Position numbers and translations under genes: made by a program. DNA of 64,000 nucleotides from an uncultured Bifidobacterium sp. (GTDB lineage Bacteria; Verrucomicrobiota; Verrucomicrobiia; Limisphaerales; JADLHS01): positions 22,548 through 86,547 of the forward strand of contig CAZQNQ010000018.1 of assembly GCA_964594985.1 (NCBI GenBank), written 5' to 3'. Position 1 is the first letter of the stretch; every line of letters starts with the position of its first letter. Below, one piece after another: positions 60,430 through 64,000 of this stretch. The notes under the pieces were generated by a model. It searched no databases. It saw only the letters and a program-made list of their open reading frames with translations, and had not been told where the DNA came from.

Positions 60430-60816
60430 CTATTCCCCCTGCGTGTGCGCCCGTTGCCGCGCGGCCAGATAGCGGTCCATTTCGGCGACATCCTTGAACA
60501 CCGCGACGCCGGGCAGCGACTTGATGATCTCGAAGACCTCCTGGATCTGCGGCTGCATGTGGATGAACGACACCTGCCCGCTGCGCTCCTTCAAAGTTTT
60601 GCGCGTGGTGGAAAACACCCGCAACCCGGCGCTGCTGATGAATTTCAAGTTCGCGAGATCAAAGATCAAGTCCTTCACCCCGCCGCCCAATACCGGCGCC
60701 AGTTGCTTCTCCAGTTCGGGAGCGGTGGCGGTGTCGAGACTGCCGGCGAGTTTGATGGTGACGGCGCCGGCATTCGCCCCGGCGAGATTCTTTTGGATTT
60801 GGATTTCCAGTGGCAT
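60430..60816 (-). CDS. STAS-domain anti-sigma-factor antagonist (SpoIIAA/RsbV-like)
   Basis: VTIKLAGSLDTATAPELEKQLAPVL...LIFDLANLKFISSAGLRVF, with the phosphorylatable Ser context ISSAGL. Confidence 0.85.
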   Translation of the reverse strand: MPLEIQIQKNLAGANAGAVTIKLAGSLDTATAPELEKQLAPVLGGGVKDLIFDLANLKFISSAGLRVFSTTRKTLKERSGQVSFIHMQPQIQEVFEIIKSLPGVAVFKDVAEMDRYLAARQRAHTQGE

Positions 60817-60863
60817 GTGATTTCGATGGTTAAATTTTCAACGTGGCTCTTGCGGGCAAAAGA

Positions 60864-62501
60864 CTATTCTCCGTGTGTTTCCAATACAAGCCGCTTCCGC
60901 AGGCGCAGGACATTCGCCCCGGCTTCGCGTCGGTAGGAAATTTCGTCAACATAACGCCGGACCAATCCGATCCCCCAGCCGCCGGGCAGATCATCGTCCT
61001 CGGCCTGGGGCTTGGACGACGTGGCCGCCGTCGGATCAAACTCCGGCCCGCCATCCCGCAACTCAATCGTGAACGCCGCCGCGGTATGTTCGAGAATGAC
61101 TTGAAAAGTCTTCTGCGCCTCGCGCTGCAACGCGTGGTTGACGATGTTGCTGCCGCATTCCTCCAACGCCAGCGCAAGACCGAACAACAATTTTTCCGGC
61201 ACGCCCTGCCCCGCAGCAAACTCCTGCATGGCCTCGACCGCGCGCATGACCTCCTCCGGCGTGGCGTGCAGTTCCAAACTGACACGAGATGGATTTTGAA
61301 CAGGAGGTAACGGAGACAACTGAGACTCGGCAGAGGAATTCTCCGTTCCCTCTGCTTGCTCCTGTTGAATCTTCAGTGTCAAAATCGCAATGTCATCGGA
61401 CTGCGGCGCGCCGTTGGCAAACGCGCGGACTTTTTGCAGCAGGCTCGCGGTGATTTCAGCCGCAGCTCGACCAGCCAACGCGCCAGCCTCCACTAACAGC
61501 CGGTCATTGCCATAACATTCCTCCTGCGGATTGAACGCCTCGCTCACGCCGTCGGAATACAAAATCAAAGTGTCGCCGGCACCCAACGTCAACTCGGTGC
61601 GCTCGAATCCCAGCCCCGGCTCGAAGCCGAGCGCCGTGCCGAGATTCTTCACCGCCCAGCGCGGCGTGCCACCCGCCGGCAACAGCACCGGACGACAATG
61701 CCCGCCGTTGGCAATCACCAGCCGGCCCGACTTCGGCTCGAACACCGCGCACAAAAACGTCACGAACATGCCCGAAGGATTGTCCGCCGCGAGTTCGTCA
61801 TTGAGCCGCGCGAGAATCCGCTCCGGCTCGGCGATGTCCCGCGCGAGCAACCGCGCCAGACTGATTGCGCGCACCATGAACATCGAGGCCGGAATCCCCT
61901 TCCCCGAAACGTCGCCGAGAAAAACCACCAGCCGTTCCGGTCCCGCCGCGCATACGCCGTAAAGATCGCCGCCCACTTCGCGCGCCGGTTCGAGGATCGC
62001 GCCGAAACTCACGCCATACGCCTGTTCAAACGGCGAAAAATCATGCGGCAACATGCCCATCTGAATCTCGCGCGCCACGCGCAGTTCGCTGGCGATCTGC
62101 TCCTTCACCGCATCGCTGTACGCCTTCGCCTTGAGCAACGATCGGACGCGGGCCTTCACTTCGAGCATGTCGAACGGCTTGGTGAGATAATCGTTCGCGC
62201 CCGCCTCGAACCCGCGCGTCTTGTTCTGCACCTCTTCGAGCGACGAGAGAAACATGATCGGCACTTCCGCCGTCTCCGGCATCGCGCGCAGCCGGCGGCA
62301 CACCTCGTAGCCGTCCAGGCCCGGCATCATGATGTCGAGCAACACCAGATCGGGCGGCATCTTCGCGGCGACCTGCAACGCCATCTCGCCATTCAGCGCA
62401 AGACTGAGTTTGTGGTCCGCCTTCAGCCCCTCGACGAGGATATCGAGATTGGCCTTGGCGTCATCCACCAGCAACACGCGGCAATCGGAAAGATTTTTCA
62501 T
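60864..62501 (-). CDS. Response-regulator receiver + PP2C/SpoIIE phosphatase + RsbW-like HATPase (anti-sigma Ser kinase) fusion
   Basis: REC: VLLVDDAKANLDIL...DLVLLDIMMPGLDGYEV. PP2C: GGDLYGV...FLGDVSGKGIPASMFM...LILYSDGVSEA. Linker from an E-type repeat. C-terminal LALEECGSNIVNHA...ELRDGGPEFDP...GGWGIGLVRRYVDE (HATPase_c_2-like). Confidence 0.85.
   Translation of the reverse strand: MKNLSDCRVLLVDDAKANLDILVEGLKADHKLSLALNGEMALQVAAKMPPDLVLLDIMMPGLDGYEVCRRLRAMPETAEVPIMFLSSLEEVQNKTRGFEAGANDYLTKPFDMLEVKARVRSLLKAKAYSDAVKEQIASELRVAREIQMGMLPHDFSPFEQAYGVSFGAILEPAREVGGDLYGVCAAGPERLVVFLGDVSGKGIPASMFMVRAISLARLLARDIAEPERILARLNDELAADNPSGMFVTFLCAVFEPKSGRLVIANGGHCRPVLLPAGGTPRWAVKNLGTALGFEPGLGFERTELTLGAGDTLILYSDGVSEAFNPQEECYGNDRLLVEAGALAGRAAAEITASLLQKVRAFANGAPQSDDIAILTLKIQQEQAEGTENSSAESQLSPLPPVQNPSRVSLELHATPEEVMRAVEAMQEFAAGQGVPEKLLFGLALALEECGSNIVNHALQREAQKTFQVILEHTAAAFTIELRDGGPEFDPTAATSSKPQAEDDDLPGGWGIGLVRRYVDEISYRREAGANVLRLRKRLVLETHGE
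61291..61376 (-). repeat. E-type palindromic repeat translated in-frame as the inter-domain linker
   Basis: Minus strand: CTGAAGATTCAACAGGAGCAAGCAGAGGGAACGGAGAATTCCTCTGCCGAGTCTCAGTTGTCTCCGTTACCTCCTGTTCAAAATCC = LKIQQEQAEGTENSSAESQLSPLPPVQN. Same frame as the mini-ORF of copy 62498-62602. Confidence 0.75.
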
Positions 62502-62602
62502 GGAACAAAAAAATTCTTAACAGGAGACAACAGAGGAAACAGAGGAATAAAAAAGTAAATCTCCATTCCCTCTGTTTCCTCCTGTTCAAATTCTGGTTTC
62601 AT
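62498..62602 (-). repeat. E-type palindromic repeat downstream of GxxExxY-2, containing a 34-codon mini-ORF
   Basis: ATG 62602-62600 lies 1 nt after the GxxExxY-2 TAA (62606-62604). MKPEFEQEETEGMEIYFFIPLFPLLSPVKNFFVP. Its TGA (62500-62498) overlaps ATG (62501-62499) of the REC-PP2C gene. Confidence 0.8.
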
Positions 62603-62603
62603 C

Positions 62604-63005
62604 TTATTGATTTGCTCCGGGCAAAATCAACCGGCTGACCCCATCCGTCACTTTCATTTCAAAGAAGTTGAGCAGGAGTCCGATGGGAGCATTGAGCAGT
62701 TTCATATAACTGAGGAGTTGCGCTTTGTGGATGGGCAGAATCTTCTCCACCGCCTTTACCTCCACCAACACACAACCCTCGACCAACACATCCAATCGCA
62801 ACGGTTCTTCCCGAGTGAAGCCTTTATACTCCACCACTACCTGCTTCTGGCTGACACAACTCAAACCGCGCAAACCAAGTTCCTTTGTGAAACACCATTC
62901 GTAGATGGACTCAATCAGTCCCGGCCCCTTGTCGCGATGCACTTCAATGGCGGCGGCAATGATCGTCTCCGTCAGTCCGGATGCTTTTTGATACAAGGGG
63001 TGCAT
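62604..63005 (-). CDS. GxxExxY protein (PD-(D/E)XK nuclease-like fold), copy 2
   Basis: ATG 63005: MHPLYQKASGLTETIIAAAIEVHRDKGPGLIESIYEWCFTKEL...LDVLVEGCVLVEVKAVEKILPIHKAQLLSYMKLLNAPIGLLLNF. The track start 63086 is a TTG inside the repeat. Confidence 0.85.
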   Translation of the reverse strand: MHPLYQKASGLTETIIAAAIEVHRDKGPGLIESIYEWCFTKELGLRGLSCVSQKQVVVEYKGFTREEPLRLDVLVEGCVLVEVKAVEKILPIHKAQLLSYMKLLNAPIGLLLNFFEMKVTDGVSRLILPGANQ

Positions 63006-63010
63006 GGAAT

Positions 63011-63099
63011 TCTTAACAGGAGGCAACGGAGGAAACAGAGAAATAAAGAAATCTTTTCTCTGTTCTCTCCGTTTCCTCCTGTTCAAGTTCAGGTTTCAT
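63011..63099 (-). repeat. E-type palindromic repeat upstream of GxxExxY-2 (ATGA junction with the hybrid-kinase stop)
   Basis: Minus strand: ATGAAACCTGAACTTGAACAGGAGGAAACGGAGAGAACAGAGAAAAGATTTCTTTATTTCTCTGTTTCCTCCGTTGCCTCCTGTTAAGAA. ATG 63099-63097 overlaps TGA 63098-63096. The mini-ORF MKPELEQEETERTEKRFLYFSVSSVASC stops 7 nt before ATG 63005. Confidence 0.8.
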
Positions 63100-64000
63100 G
63101 TCAATGCCTTCAGTGCTTGCTCCAATCGGATCTGCGCGTCAGCAAACGAATAGCCTTGGACGAGCTTTTCAAACTCCGTCCAGGTGTCATCGGCAAACAA
63201 AGGTTGCAATGCGGTCCGGTTCGTTTCGATGAAATCCGCCGCGCCAGGATCGAACTCTGAAAGCAGCTTCGTCAATTGCGTCGCCGCTTCCCGCGACTTC
63301 ACGGGATCAACCAGCGGCGCGGGAGTGGCCGCAACTGGCTTCGCGGCGGGCGAACCCAGGCTGGCGTTCAGCCCGGCGATCAACGGATCAAGCGCCGCCG
63401 CGACTTGTTGCTTCGCGGACTCCACTTCTGCCGCCGGCGCTTTGCTGCGGATGACTTTTTCCAACGCGGTCGCGACGCCGTGAACGGATTTCGCGCCGAT
63501 GTTGCCCGCCACGCCCTTGAGCGTGTGGGCGAGCCGCTCGGCGAGCGCGACATCACCCGCCGCGAGCGCGGTGGTGATTTCTCCGACCGCCGGACCTTGT
63601 TGCTCGACGAACTGGCGCAGTAGTTTCAAATAGAGTTTCCGATTGCCAGCGACACGGGTCAGGCCGTCGTTCGTATCAAGGCCGGCGATGGAGGGGAGGT
63701 CGTCGCCAGTTCCCCTCACCCCGTCCCTCTCCCCATCGGATGGGGAGAGGGTGTCCGCAGGACGGGTGAGGGGTTTGTAGAACCGTCCGACCGTCTCAAA
63801 CAGGTTGCTTGGATCAATCGGCTTCGAGATGTGATCGTTCATGCCGGCGGCCAGGCAACGTTGCTTCTCCTCCATCGTCGCGTGCGCCGTCATGGCGATG
63901 ATCGGCAACGTGGCGAAGCGCGCGTCGGCACGGAGTCTCGCCGTCGCCTGATGGCCATCCATCACCGGCATCTGCAAATCCATCAGCACCAGATCGAACG
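63096..64000 (-). CDS. C-terminal part of a hybrid sensor kinase: receiver domain end + HPt domain (5' end off window)
   Basis: FDLVLMDLQMPVMDGHQATARLR...IIAMTAHATMEEKQRCLAAGMNDHISKPIDP (REC), then LAERLAHTLKGVAGNIGA (HPt HxxKG). The reading frame stays open to the window edge. Confidence 0.8.
   Translation of the reverse strand, partial: FDLVLMDLQMPVMDGHQATARLRADARFATLPIIAMTAHATMEEKQRCLAAGMNDHISKPIDPSNLFETVGRFYKPLTRPADTLSPSDGERDGVRGTGDDLPSIAGLDTNDGLTRVAGNRKLYLKLLRQFVEQQGPAVGEITTALAAGDVALAERLAHTLKGVAGNIGAKSVHGVATALEKVIRSKAPAAEVESAKQQVAAALDPLIAGLNASLGSPAAKPVAATPAPLVDPVKSREAATQLTKLLSEFDPGAADFIETNRTALQPLFADDTWTEFEKLVQGYSFADAQIRLEQALKALT
63712..63773. repeat. Palindromic 'PSDGER' repeat, copy 3, inside the REC-HPt linker coding sequence
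   Basis: CCCCTCACCCCGTCCCTCTCCCCATCGGATGGGGAGAGGGtgtccgcagGACGGGTGAGGGG. Translated on the minus strand in-frame as KPLTRPADTLSPSDGERDGVRGTG. Confidence 0.85.

Noticed and set aside
1-64000. Integrase, transposase, recombinase, reverse transcriptase or phage genes that could explain the islands and repeats
   Set aside because: I looked for them in all ORFs of 60 aa or more on both strands and recognised none. The insert footprints and repeat families therefore have no obvious in-window mobilising enzyme other than the GxxExxY nuclease-fold proteins.

Overview
High-G+C (about 60% by eye) chromosomal segment. It most resembles a PVC-group bacterium, probably Verrucomicrobiota-like; this is an inference from two PEP-CTERM proteins, a pilin-like H-X9-DG protein, GxxExxY genes and the repeat content. 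I call about 60 protein genes. I saw no rRNA, tRNA, CRISPR array, transposase or integrase. Gene content in order: HlyD-type adaptor (partial); two Wzz-like proteins; trpD; a five-gene operon with three tandem GYF_2-domain membrane proteins; PEP-CTERM protein; class I fumarase alpha subunit; Fic; serine hydrolase. A long minus-strand run follows: substrate-binding protein, small OMP, two lipoproteins, then lipase / POTRA-less Omp85 / 846-aa aromatic-rich protein / lipase. Then ldhA; a 3-kb insert (RCC1-repeat protein plus a second POTRA-less Omp85) closed by a relic of the ldhA 3' end; a low-G+C ORFan pair; ppk2. Next is a cNMP-domain::aspA fusion with dcuA and a DcaP-like porin, a beta-CASP RNase, a run of small beta-barrel OMPs, and two HAD paralogs bracketing ycaC, two DUF1254/DUF1214 genes and an OMP. 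The window ends with a Bat/MoxR operon, two arylsulfatases, LOG, and a partner-switching module (hybrid kinase REC-HPt, REC-PP2C-RsbW-like fusion, STAS). The most unusual signal is not a gene but several families of palindromic repeats. One family (9 copies, all in one orientation) abuts stop codons with ATGA junctions and is translated in-frame in several proteins. Copies of it flank both sides of two GxxExxY (PD-(D/E)XK-like) genes that sit inside otherwise conserved operons. This looks like a small mobile cassette with no known mobility mechanism. All functional calls rest on motif recognition by eye; no database search was run.
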